DNA of 64,000 nt, from contig JAHRHZ010000019.1 of the NCBI GenBank assembly GCA_024137785.1, positions 44,489,624 to 44,553,623 of the forward strand, given 5' to 3'. Below the pieces are notes generated by a model, which did no database searches, was not told the DNA's origin, and saw only the letters and a program-made list of their open reading frames with translations. Of the stretch, positions 26,901 to 38,730 are shown piece after piece. Position 1 is the first letter of the stretch. Each line of letters starts with the position of its first letter. Origin of the DNA: Ginglymostoma cirratum. Taxonomy: Eukaryota. The position numbers and the translations under genes were made by a program.

Positions 26901-28334
26901 CTTCCAAACATTTGTTGAACTTCATTTGCACTCTCGGGAGCAGCTTTCAGGAGATTCAGAGCTGCAGTCAGAACCATAGGCTGGCTGACCTTGAATTTGA
27001 AAAATAAATTGTCTTGGCAATAGTCTTCTTAACAGGAAATTGTGCTATCAGTTCACTTGGTTATCAATACATTGAGTAGCATTGATTTTTTTTTAAAAAA
27101 TGGATAACAATGAAGATGGTATTGCAGAAAAAAATAATACCACCTCAAGAATGTGAATGTTTTGCCAATCAGATTTTGCCTGCATTGTGAAATATGTATA
27201 TGGAAAACTAGGCAAGCAATGAGTTAATTCAATGTAAATAGTTAAAAGTTTGATACACAGGAAAAATACAGTGGCTAGAGTCATTAAACATAAACATTTG
27301 AGAAATACTTCCAGCTGTGGTTCGAGAGCTGACGAGAAAGGTATCAACTGGTTTCCAGACGCTTTTAAATAAATAACTGCCGTATGTGACAATTGATCAA
27401 TCTAGCAGGAACTAGCAACTCGCTGTGAAAAATTACATTTTAGGCATATTCCAATGGGTATAAGTAAGGGTTTTCACTACAATGAACGATAGTGATGACT
27501 ACTTTGTGGACAACAGTCTGAATCCTTTCAGAAAAGAAACTTTGATAACAAAGCTATGTGGATTAAATTTAAAATAAATTGATTAATTGTACCTTTTTAG
27601 GTGTCTCTTAAAAGTCATTTAGATCGTAAGACCTTCAAAGCTAAAAAAGGAAAGTTCACTTTACTCGTATCATGAAGAGCACCTGATTCCTGGGAAATGT
27701 TTTTACACAGTCCCTGAAAGTAGCTACCTTTTTAAATTTGAGGCTTACAGACACCTTCGTGGGGATAAAGACAAACATGCTTATGCTTCAAACATTCGTC
27801 TGAAGTACTTATTTGTTTTTTTTTAATCTTTAAATGTTTTTCTGTAATTGTGAATTTTCAGGTTCACGAGAAATATCATAATTTGTTGGTGAATACTAAT
27901 AGCTCTTGAAAAGGTGATGGGTGAGCTGCTCTTTTGAATCCACACACAGCACATGGTGTAGGCAGAGAGAGTTCGAAAACTTTGATGACTTCAGTGAAGG
28001 AGCAGTAATGCAGAGACATAATACACAATTCTTTGTTGACATTCATATAGTGTCATGTTGATATGAAAAGAGATCATAAATTGTTTTTAAAAATATGTTT
28101 ACTTGTTAAATTTTAAAATGGGCTTTTCTGGATTAAAATGGCTGCTGTAGATCACACAATTCACAAGTTATCTACAGTTCCAGAATTTTCTTGTGGACAA
28201 AGTTAAATCATCACCCTTGTGGAATTTTGTGCCTATAAACGCATGGACAGTGTAAGTGTGATAAGACAATGAGGGGATAAACTTTTTGTCATCAAACTTG
28301 AATTGATGACAAAGGAGACGTATCGAAATTCAAA

Positions 28335-29480
28335 AAACTAAAACCAAAGAACTGCAGATGCTGGAAATCTATGAATTAACAACAGCAATTGCCAGAAAAT
28401 CTCAGCAGGTCTGGCAATATCTGTAGAGAGAAAGCAGACTGAACATTTTGGCTAATTATCCTATGGCTGTGGATGCTGGTGGGATGGTAGGACCAGGGAC
28501 CCTATTGCTGCTGTGGGAGGGAAGAGAGGGGTTGAGGGCCAAAGTGCAGGAGATGGCTCAGACATAGCTGAGGACCCTGTCAACCATGGTGCTGGGAAGT
28601 CCTCGGTAGTGGGAGGAAGTGGACATTTTGGAGGGCCCCTTGTCATAGTTGGCATCATCGAAACAGATGCAATGGAGATGGAGCAACTGGGAGAACGGAA
28701 CACAGTCTTTACAGAAAGCATGGTGTGAGGATGTAATCAAGGCAACTATGGAAGTCTATGGGTTTGTAGTGGACACTGGTGGCCAGCCTATCCCCAGAAA
28801 TGGAAATGGAGGAGACAGACATAGACCAGGTGAAGGTAAGAAGGGGATGGAAATTGGAATCAAAACCGATACAATTTTCCAATTCCAGATGAGAGAGGGA
28901 AGTAGCACCAATGATGTCAACAATGAACCAGAGAAAGAGTTGTGGCGGGGGCTGGGGTAGGACTAGAACAAGGAATTTCCATGTACCCCACAAAGAGACA
29001 GGTATAACTGTGGACCATGGCCACTCCCTCGACCTGAAGAAAGTGGGAGGAGTTGAAGGAGAAGTTGCTCAAAATGAGGATAAGCAGATCCTGGTGGAAG
29101 AGGGTGGTCGTAGATGGGGACAGTTCAGGCCTTTTATCCAGAAAGAAGCTGATAGCCCTGAGATCATCCTGATGAGAGATGAATATGGAATGGATTGCAT
29201 GTCCAAGGTAAAGAGGAAGCAGCTGGAGTCTGCAAACTGGAAATTTTGAAAGTGATGTAAAGCACCAGAAGACTTGCAGATGTAAGTAGGAAGGGATTGG
29301 GCAAGGGGAGAGAAAATCGAGTCAAGGTAAGAAAAAATCAGTTCCATGGAGCAAGAGTGGGCAGAAACAACGGAACTGCCCAGGGAGTCTTGTATGTGGA
29401 TTCTGGGAAGGAGGTAGAAGTGGGCTGTGTGGGTTTGAGGGATTATGAGCTTGGAGACAGTGGTGGGGAGATCACCTGTT
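28335..29480 (-). mobile_element. Decayed Penelope-like element, RT region plus terminal repeat
   Basis: ORF 29069-29521 reads GDLPTTVSKLIIPQTHTAHFYLLPRIH...SYLDSIFSPLAQSLPTYI...LFTLDMQS, typical of a Penelope RT N-terminal region. The terminal motif aactgcagatgctggaaatct...ctcagcaggtctggca lies at 28350-28440. Confidence 0.8.
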
Positions 29481-30342
29481 GAAATACCATTTGTTATTCT
29501 GTTTACCAAAGATATGTTCATTAGATTTTAACCAGAGGAATAGAAACTACAGTAATGAGTTGACCTAGTTAGTTGACCAACTGACTCATCCATGGACAAC
29601 ATCATTTGACCAAATCCAGTCTGGTCTTTGAAGAGTTTAATTGCACACTTGTGTATGAAGTTGTGAAGACTTCCTTGGACTTGAATGTGAATCAATAATA
29701 CACTTCCTTTTTGTCTGACTCCCTGTCCATAACAACACTTTAAAAAAATAACAAAATGACTCAGAAATCTGAATGACACGACACAGTACACCTGTCTACT
29801 AAAATGAATATTTAGAATGAAAGAAGTTATTTTTGACATTGATCTTCCCTTCCAGCTGCACTTGTGATCCTTGTCCATGTTTTACTCTTCTCACATCGCT
29901 CAGCTCAGGTGATAGCATGAGATAAATGTCTCTCTGGCCCTGCCATTTTAACTTTCTGAATTAGCATATGAATCGTAAGATATTTGATGACAGGGGAAAA
30001 AAAGTGTTGACCAACTGTGCTGTGTTGGCTCTTTAGAAAAGCTATCAATTACAGTGATCCATTCTCTTGGTCCTTTCCAATAAGCCCTATTTTCTTCTTT
30101 CTACTCACACAAGAGGATATCCAATAATAATTTGAAAGCCATTATTGAATTTGTTTCAATTCTGCTTTTATGGCATCATATTCCAAATCCATCACAGTTA
30201 GTGGGAACAAAATCTGAGCAGCTAGTAAAACAGGTTACAGTTTGCTCTGGAGATAGTAGGAACTGCAGATGCTGGAGAATCTGCGATAACAAAGTGTAGA
30301 GCTGGATGAACACAGCAGGCCAAGCAGCATCAGAGGAGCAGG

Positions 30343-30742
30343 NNNNNNNNNNNNNNNNNNNNNNNNNNNNNNNNNNNNNNNNNNNNNNNNNNNNNNNNNN
30401 NNNNNNNNNNNNNNNNNNNNNNNNNNNNNNNNNNNNNNNNNNNNNNNNNNNNNNNNNNNNNNNNNNNNNNNNNNNNNNNNNNNNNNNNNNNNNNNNNNNN
30501 NNNNNNNNNNNNNNNNNNNNNNNNNNNNNNNNNNNNNNNNNNNNNNNNNNNNNNNNNNNNNNNNNNNNNNNNNNNNNNNNNNNNNNNNNNNNNNNNNNNN
30601 NNNNNNNNNNNNNNNNNNNNNNNNNNNNNNNNNNNNNNNNNNNNNNNNNNNNNNNNNNNNNNNNNNNNNNNNNNNNNNNNNNNNNNNNNNNNNNNNNNNN
30701 NNNNNNNNNNNNNNNNNNNNNNNNNNNNNNNNNNNNNNNNNN
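30343..30742. other. Assembly gap (400 N)
   Basis: Run of N characters. Confidence 1.
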
Positions 30743-30766
30743 GGGCCTAGACCCTTCTTCAGAAAT

Positions 30767-30798
30767 CTCTGAAGAAGGGTCTAGGCCCGAAACGTCAG
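30767..30798 (+). ncRNA. Minimal hammerhead ribozyme motif (CUGAAGA variant)
   Basis: ct-CTGAAGA-a-gggt-ctag-gccc-GAAA-cg-TC-ag. The core is intact but helix I has only 2 bp locally. Confidence 0.5.
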
Positions 30799-31264
30799 CC
30801 TCCCTGCTCCTCTGATGCTGCTTGGCCTGCTGTGTTCATCCAGCTCTACACCTTGTTATCTCCTTTAGTTTGCTCTGTTTCCTTAAACCCTGACTCAGGA
30901 CAGGGTTTTTTTTTGTGGTTGGGAAGATGGCACAGATGTTGAAGAAGACGATTCCCACCCTCGATATTTTGCTGCTTTGGGAGATGGCTGCAGGTGGTGA
31001 GCCTCTGACCAAGCCAGCTCCACTGTAGGACTAGTTATCTACTCGTCTCCAGCAATTCTCGTGGAGACAGGTCAGTTTCTCTGTCACCTCTAATTGTCAG
31101 AATCAAAAAAGGAGTCATGAATCATTGTCTGGGTGTAGAAACCTTTTGCAGTATGCCTTCAAATGGTCTCCTCATGCTTCCCTTGACACCCGTGCTATCA
31201 CCACTCCCAATGATCCCTTATTCTTTTCATGTCTCTCACCTCAATTGCTCCTTGTGCTCTCTAT

Positions 31265-31570
31265 GCCACCTTATGCCCTTTCACCCACCAATAATTGTCA
31301 TTCATACCCTCCATGCCAAATTGTAGCATTTCTGTTCACTCAGAATACACTCTGTACAGAACTAATAAACACTATGGTAACAATGACATGTATGTAACTG
31401 CTTAATAAAGCCACCTTATGCCCTTCACCCACCAGCAACAGTCCTTCATACGTTCCATGCCATATCTTAGCATTTCTGTCTACCCAGCATGTCTATTTAC
31501 CCAGCATACACTCCGTGTAGAACTAATGAACCCTATGATAACAATGACGTGTGGACCTGTTTAATAAAGC
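31265..31570 (+). repeat. Diverged tandem duplication, two copies of a ~145-160 bp unit
   Basis: gccaccttatgccctt...tagcatttctgt...gaactaat...acaatgac...ttaataaag occurs at 31265-31409 and again at 31410-31570. Confidence 0.9.
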
Positions 31571-31961
31571 CATTCACAACTTTGTTTCGAAAATGAACTC
31601 AGGTTACTACAATTCTACAAGCGTGTCAATCTAACAGACATTTAAAATATCCATAGCAGAAAATATAAACACTTAGGGTCCTCTTCATCTCATGTAATTA
31701 AGCATTGAGTCATTGGCAATATACGTTAAGGAAAAAAATATCAGTGAAGAAATGGTCTCTTTTTTGTGTAGCTATTTCAACAAACAAATGGAAGTCTCGG
31801 CTCATCATGAATAGAGGGGTATGGGTTATCAAGAAGGGCCTTGGGGCTTTTAGGGGTGTGTGGTGGGGCATGATTTTACATAGAATGCATGAGGAGCCAC
31901 TGAGAGTAGATGAAGGGTAAAACGAGTGTGTGAAGGGGTTTGCATGTAAGAATATCTAATG

Positions 31962-32331
31962 AGATAACAAGGTGTAGAGCTGGATGAACACAGCAGGCCA
32001 AGCAGCATCAGAGGAGCAGGAAGGNNNNNNNNNNNNNNNNNNNNNNNNNNNNNNNNNNNNNNNNNNNNNNNNNNNNNNNNNNNNNNNNNNNNNNNNNNNN
32101 NNNNNNNNNNNNNNNNNNNNNNNNAGCTGGATGAACACAGCAGGCCAAGCAGCATCAGAGGAGCAGGAAGGTTGACGTTTCAGGACTAGACCCTTCTTCA
32201 GAAGAAAGGTCTAGGCCCAAAACGTCAGCCTTCCTGCTCCTCTGATGCTGCTTGGCCTGCTGTGTTCATTCAGCTCTACACCTTGGTATCTCAGATTCTC
32301 TAGCATCTGCAGTTCCTGCTATCTCTGAAAC
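31962..32331. mobile_element. Palindromic Penelope-terminus unit 2, containing an assembly gap
   Basis: Arms are inverted about cttcttc-a-gaagaa (centre ~32200). 10-bp target-site duplication atatctaatg at 31952-31961 and 32332-32341. Confidence 0.85.
32025..32124. other. Assembly gap (100 N) with overlapping flanks
   Basis: Run of N. The sequence agctggatgaacacagc...aggaagg appears on both sides, suggesting an unmerged overlap. Confidence 0.95.
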
Positions 32332-33913
32332 ATATCTAATGGGATCTGAATTAGAGCCAGGCTATCCACTACTCCACTAAGGCACATGAGGCCCAGCTTT
32401 ATTGATAGCCATGGCTCTCTGATCTCTGTTATCACTTTCACCAAGGCTACTTACATAAGGTAAAAATTTCAAGTGCTTTTCAGTTTCAATTACGAAAACT
32501 TTAAAAGTTTGGATGACTGAGCACTTTTATCGTGCTATAATAAGAAGGATTTCTTTCATTTTAGTGGAACATTAAAAGAAATGTTTATAGAAATTTTTGT
32601 TTATGCATCTAACTATTGTGTAGAATTAATTTCTTTTTATAATAATGTAATGGGTGAGTGAATATGGAAGCTTAGCATGGGAGGCAGATATTGTCACAGT
32701 TGTTGTTTTGGTGCATAACTTACAATGGAGGGCAGGAGGGGCCATGAGAAATGGGTTAGGTTGGGCACAAACTGGTATGGACAGGACAGGGACAGTGCGT
32801 GGAGGGAGAGGAGTGGGAGAGAGATGGTGGTTCTTCCTGTTTTTTATTGTTGCTAGGGTGATGTCCTACAGCACAATCCTTTTGAACAGCCTCATACCCT
32901 ACGGCCTCTCTGATTGTCTCTGAACATTTTTGCAGTCAGTCAGTCTGACATGCATAACCTGGCAATGAAAATCCTGTCCTTATGGGCAGTGTCTCCCAAC
33001 AGGGCAAGGTGGAAATTTTCCCACTACTTGCTTCGAGACTGAAAATCCATGTTCAAAAGCTATTTACAGTCAAAGTTTTGGACTTGTCCATGGAGTGTGA
33101 TTTCATTTCAGTACATCATTCCCTTAGATAAATGGAAAAACACTGAAAATTGAAAAATCAAAATAAAGACATAAAATTGAAAATTTATAGAAGATGTAGC
33201 AGAAGGAAAGAAGAAATCTCACTCGGATGAAGAGTACCTGCCTGGGATATAGTAATGCTCAATTTCTCTTTAAGGCATGGACAGACCTGTTAGATAGTTT
33301 CAGAATTTTGTAAATTCATCAAGACTTTAAGTTTTTGAAGATTTTGCATTTATGTACTTATTTGATAGATTTCACCAAATTTACACAATATGTATTTATG
33401 ATACTTGAAGTTATATTAATCATCACAATGTGATACTGGAAAAATGTTTAGGTAGTCAGTGCAATATTTGAAGAGTTCACGTCTTTGAGCTTCAGGAACA
33501 ATATTACTTGTTGTAGATCAGATTGGAACAGCATGTCAAATAAAAGAAAAACTCTGCCTCACTTATTGAAATAAACAATGCTAATGGATATATGAGAAAG
33601 TTAGTTATCTCACTTCATACCCTCCCAAACCTCATGGGAGAAGAAAAGAACCAAAGATGACCACAGAGGAACACAGGAAGAGAAACCACATGGTACAAAC
33701 TGTAAATTCCTTGGAAGGACATGTATCACTTGTGATCTTCAAAAAAGATTAGCCATGGTATGTGAAAGATAATAACATAGCCACCTATCTAAATTGCTAT
33801 TTTTATGTTAATGCTTGCAACAAAGATTATTCTAATTTTGCAATCTTCAACTTTTGCTCATGAACATGCATTTTGATAAACTGGATTTCCTAAACCAATC
33901 GCTTAATATTTTT

Positions 33914-34012
33914 GAGATAACAAGCATGGGGCTGGATGAACACAGCAGGTCAAGCAGCATCATAGGAGCAGGAAAACTTGACGTTTCGGGCCTAAACCCT
34001 TCATCAGAAATG
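33914..34012 (-). mobile_element. Short Penelope terminal fragment ending at the hammerhead
   Basis: Near-identical to 3510-3608; similarity stops immediately after helix I. Confidence 0.85.
33976..34011 (-). ncRNA. Minimal type I hammerhead ribozyme motif, intact core
   Basis: Minus strand: attt-CTGATGA-a-gggtttaggccc-GAAA-cg-TC-aagt. Confidence 0.7.
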
Positions 34013-35244
34013 CCCTTTTCATTGCAACCAAAGATAAACAAAGATAAAGAATGCATTTCTACACCCAGCCAATAATGTTGAATTTTCAGGCGTTCTTCTC
34101 TGCATTAAATTTTTATGCTTTATATATGTCCACGTGCATCTAATTGTATTCTTGTTTGCACGAACAGCAATCATTAAGAAATCGGCAATCATTTCTACTC
34201 AGATTTCCTTCTTTCTATTCCATCGCATTACCATGAATTGAATTCTGATCCATCAACTGATTATAAAAATAGTTGCGGTCTTTAAGCACAAGCAATTGTT
34301 CTTTGTGAGTGAGTCGTACTATAGAACAGAATTAGTAACTGGACATACTGGGAAGGGTCCTGATGGATAGATACCAGCTTTGTCCATATGCATTTGTTTA
34401 TGTGGAAATATATTTCTTGGACAATGAATGGAACCGTGCAAATAAAAAGAGCTATGGATTTGAGGTAAGGAAGAAATAAGCAGCAACTAAAGGATAGTCA
34501 ACAACAGCAGGAGGTTCAAGGACCAAGAAGAGAGATGTGTAGAATGAACAAATGGTTTTGGCTGAGGCAAGTAGAGGAGTATGAGGGAAAGTGATGGTAC
34601 AGCAGTCGTACCAGTAAACAGGCTATTATTTTTCCATCTGGCTATTTTTCAGTGGAAAATTAGGGCAGAAGACCAAACAGAAGCAATCAGCAAGCCTGAA
34701 AATGAAATTATGGAGAAGATTTTATTACACAGATAGCCAACAATATGTCCATATTTAAACACGCAAAATTTATCTGCATATTTTAAATTTATGTGGAAGT
34801 CCCATACATATATATTTCCACATAAACGTAAAATACATGGATGAATAGGCATGCTTAAGCACACAAATAAAAAAGGTATCTGTACAATAAGCAGTTGAAT
34901 TGAATTTCTTAACAACGGATTTATTCATCAAAAGGATTCAAGCTGACTACTGATCTTTTTCTTCTCCATAGTTTCAGAAACTACAGTCAATCAAAATTGC
35001 TATTTTCAGACTGACTTGATCACTTGATATCAGCCAGATATTACTATAGTCCTAATTTAAGATTTTATGGAGATATGTGAAACTGTCAAGGATACATTGT
35101 TGTTCTTAACACATTATTTGGCTTATGACCATTCAATACTTTTAAAAAAACATGAAAACAGTTTTTAAATTAAAATAAATTATTTTTTCTTGAAAGATTC
35201 ACATGCTTTGTTTCCTTGATTTGAATAATTGCCATGCTTTCTTG

Positions 35245-35410
35245 ATGCGAATCAAAAGCAGAATACTGTATATGTTGGAAACTGAAATAAAAATGTAAAA
35301 TGCTGAAAATACTCAAAAAGTCTGGCAGTATCTGTGGAGGAGAAGAAACCAAATTAACTTTTCCATGGCCTTCCATCAGGGCTTTTGATGAAAAGTCACA
35401 GCATTGAGAA
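35245..35410. mobile_element. Old Penelope terminal-repeat remnant
   Basis: tgctgaaaatactcaaaaagtctggcagtatctgtggagg resembles motifs at ~250, ~28400, ~58460 and ~63170. Confidence 0.55.
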
Positions 35411-35959
35411 ATTGGACAGAATCTTTTTGGTTGAAATAGCTTTAGAGGTGAGAGGGCAGGGAGTTTCTGGAAATTATGTATTGGGTCACCTACCTAAGAG
35501 GTTTCCATATTCAAGATATCTAGCCAGAGTTAGCCAAGAGTCATGCTAGCATTAGCTCCCTGCCTGACAGAAGTGGGTCAGTATTTAGGATCAAGTAAGT
35601 GAGCACTTGAGGACAAATTGGAGATACTCTGAAGATTGCCCTAAAGGTGGATGTGTCCCTGGTGAGACTGAACCCTGCAAGTGGCCTCATTCTGGAACCC
35701 TGCCAAATAAAGCTTTATAGTTGTGATGTTAAATTCAGAACTCTTCAGATGGACAGGCTATCTCGAGAGAACCACTCAGACTCGGGTGCTCCTCCAATTG
35801 GCACCATCTATGCAGCATCTCTAATCGCATGGCAAAGGCTAAGGCAGCCTATTAATTTGCCTCCTCCGGAAATATAGTGCAGGAAGTTGGGCCTCAGATA
35901 CCATCACAGTTGGGATTCAAAAATCGTCTTTAAATGTGAGTCGGACAATCGTCTTTGAT

Positions 35960-36385
35960 AATTCAAGGCAATGTAGGCATTGCTGGTCAGGCCAGCACTT
36001 ACTGCACGTCCTTAATTGCGCTGGTGGTAAATGGTTAAGTTTGTGGGTTAGGAAGGTACTAAGGAGCTGTGGTGAATTTCTGCAGTGTATTTTGGAGATG
36101 GTATACGCTGCTACTTAGCATTGGTAGTGGATGCTTATGAATGTGGTGCTGATCAAGCAGGCTGCTTTGCCCTGGAAGGTATCAAGCTTTGTGAGCGTTG
36201 TTGGAACTGCATCCATCCATGTAACTGGGAGGCATCCTATCACACTCCTGACTTGTGTGTGGTACAGACAATAAGGGGACAAGAGGTGTGTTGTTTGCTG
36301 CAGGATTCCTAGCCTCTGACCTGCTGTTGTAACTGCAGCTTTTATATTGGCTGGGCCAGTTCAGTTTCTGGTCAATGGTAATCTC
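35960..36385 (-). mobile_element. CR1/L2-group LINE 3' fragment
   Basis: Aligns with 54905-55360 (ggtgaatttctgcagtg...caagc..gctg.tttg.cctgga.ggt.tcaagct). Confidence 0.75.
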
Positions 36386-37995
36386 AGGATGTTAACTCTG
36401 TTCCCTTCTTTTCCCTTGTGCAGCCTGAAGGTTGAGTTGCCATAGAAACCAGCAGACCCATGACTGAGATTGAGATAAGAGTGAAGCCCTGCATTAAGCT
36501 GAAAATTAGAAGCTGTGCTGAAACGTTCGTACTTTGGGAGAAGCTATCTTGGATAAACAGACAAGGCTTTGCCCGGCAAATCTTGAATAAATCTCTGCTT
36601 GCTGAACTTAAGCAAATCAGCTGTGAGCCTCGCCTTTTAATGATATAAAACAGGCAAATGATATTGTTCTCTTCAGACCCTCCTCCTCTATCACTGAGCT
36701 GAAGTCTTGTCACCTACACTCAAACAATGAATTAAAATCCCTAACACCTCAACACCCATGCATTAGCAGAATCACACATCACTCTATAAAATATTATTTT
36801 TAACTTGACCACAAACAATCACTTCTTGCCCAGTCCCTGCTTTCCCCTCTTCTTGTTTCCTCAATGTCCAATCTCCCCTCTCTGCAGCTTTTTCTCTCCT
36901 TTTCCATCTTCCTGTATCATGTACAGCCTTTCCCCTCTGCCTTGGTCCAGCTATCTCATCCACCCTCTAATCCACTTGCCATGAACATTTGCACTGGTCT
37001 CAAATCACTCACAAAAGTACACCGATGGTATGGTTATAGTCAAGTACACTATTAAATAAATTTTTGTACATGATGTAACTGTTAGCAACTGGGATCCCTG
37101 TTTCTGTGAGGACAGAATGTAGGAGTGGGCTAAAGCTATGATAGAGTGCTCTAAAATGCACAATTGAATTGTACAGTCATATTAATTCTTTTATCTGTAG
37201 GGCTTATTAAATATGAACAGGTATGCGGACGATTCATAATGTAGGCTATGCACGAAAATTAGTGCTGGAAATTTGGCGGAAACTAGGGTGTGTGATTATA
37301 ACTAGATAGTAGATCATAGTTACTGTCACTGAGGCAAAATTATTTAATATACTTCACTTGGACGTGCGTGTAAAAGATCCAGGATTCATCAACAATGTAG
37401 TTGGAGGGAAGCAAAAGTCCTATCTTTCACATCCACTGCACCATTAACCCATTTAACAGGGCTAGCCAATTTTGAAGCCTTTGAATAGTGCAAACCAAAT
37501 ATATATTTTGTTTAAAAATTGAACTGTTCCTGTTGCTATTCTACAATTTGATGTGATCATCCCTGAGCTCTCTACCTCTCATTAAAAAATATACTGATTT
37601 GTCTGCTAGTTTTAAAATGCTCACCATGCTGAGAGATGTGTCATCTGTAATATTACAATACCATTCTGTTGTGCATCATAATGAAGAAGAAACAGCAGCT
37701 GTCGGAAATGCAGTTTAGTAACGCAATTGCATCTCAGGATAAGATAGCTTAAAATTCCATAGCTGTGATATTTTAAATTGCTGTAGCTTTTTTAATTTTT
37801 ATTTTATTATAGCCATATTTAAAAAGGCACTGAAACCCCGAGGTCTTTTTCGTATTGTGTATTCATTATAATAATTACATTAATACAAGGAATAACTGTA
37901 AAAAACTTTTCCTAAGTGATCAAGTTTGTGGTAATGTCTAACTTTGAATGCAGATGTTTCCATTCATTAAAATTACAGCTAATTTGTAGCTATTA

Positions 37996-38314
37996 GCCAT
38001 CATGGTAGCTCAGTGGTTAGCACTGCTGCCTCGCAGCACCAGGGAGCCGGGTTTGATTCCAGCCTTGAGCAACTGTCTACATGGAATTTGCATGTTCTCC
38101 CCATGTCTGTGAGGGTTTCCTCTGGGTGCTCTGGTTTCCTCCCACAGTCCAAAGATGTGTAGGCTAGGTGGATTGGCCATGCTAAATTGCCCATAGTGCT
38201 CAGGGGTGTGTAGATTAGGTAGGTTTCAGGGGGTGGGTCTGGGTAGGATGCTCTGAGGGTCGGTGCAGAAGTGTTGGGCTGAAGGGCCTGCTTCCACACT
38301 GTGGGGATTCTATG
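37996..38314 (+). mobile_element. HE1-type tRNA-derived V-SINE
   Basis: A box tggtagctcagtgg, B box gggtttgattcc, V-domain, and the CR1-like tail gggctgaagggcctgcttccacactgt. Confidence 0.9.
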
Positions 38315-38439
38315 AAAACTGAGAGATCACTCCAAAATAATATTAGATCTATTTATTCTAGTAAAGAGAAAACTGAGCGTTACCTGATAAGAGTCTTCCA
38401 GATTAGGAAAGGATTTGATTGATTATATGTAGAAAATAT

Positions 38440-38730
38440 GTTTCCATTTGTGGGTGACACCAGAACTAAGGGCCAGCCATAAACATAAGACAGTCACTCA
38501 TGAATCTATTAAAGATTCAGAGGAAACCTCTTTACCCAGAGAGAGGTTAGAAGGTGGTATGCCATGTCACAAGGGGTCATTGAAGCAAATGTCATTGATG
38601 CAATTGAGAGAAAAGGACCAAAAGAATCTTCTAGTCGAGCTGAAAAGACATGGGAGGAGACAAATATGGAGAACAAGAACATTTGTGTGTCCTTTTTGGG
38701 CCGAATGGCCTATTTTTAGGTTGTAAATAC
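38440..38730 (+). mobile_element. Old CR1 LINE 3' fragment
   Basis: tgtttccatttgtggg...agaactaagggccagccataaa...ctctttacccagagag...tgggccgaatggcct, a CR1-type 3' end. Confidence 0.6.

Larger units (their letters stand above)
30250..30866. mobile_element. Palindromic Penelope-terminus unit 1, containing an assembly gap
   Basis: The arms are mutual reverse complements around cttcaga-aatc-tctgaag (centre 30764-30767). 11-bp target-site duplication agtttgctctg at 30239-30249 and 30867-30877. Confidence 0.85.

Noticed and set aside
30306-32175. ORFs containing long X runs
   Set aside because: Artefacts of translating through N gaps.
37996-38070. tRNA gene
   Set aside because: The A and B boxes continue into the HE1 SINE body; there is no acceptor stem or T-run terminator.
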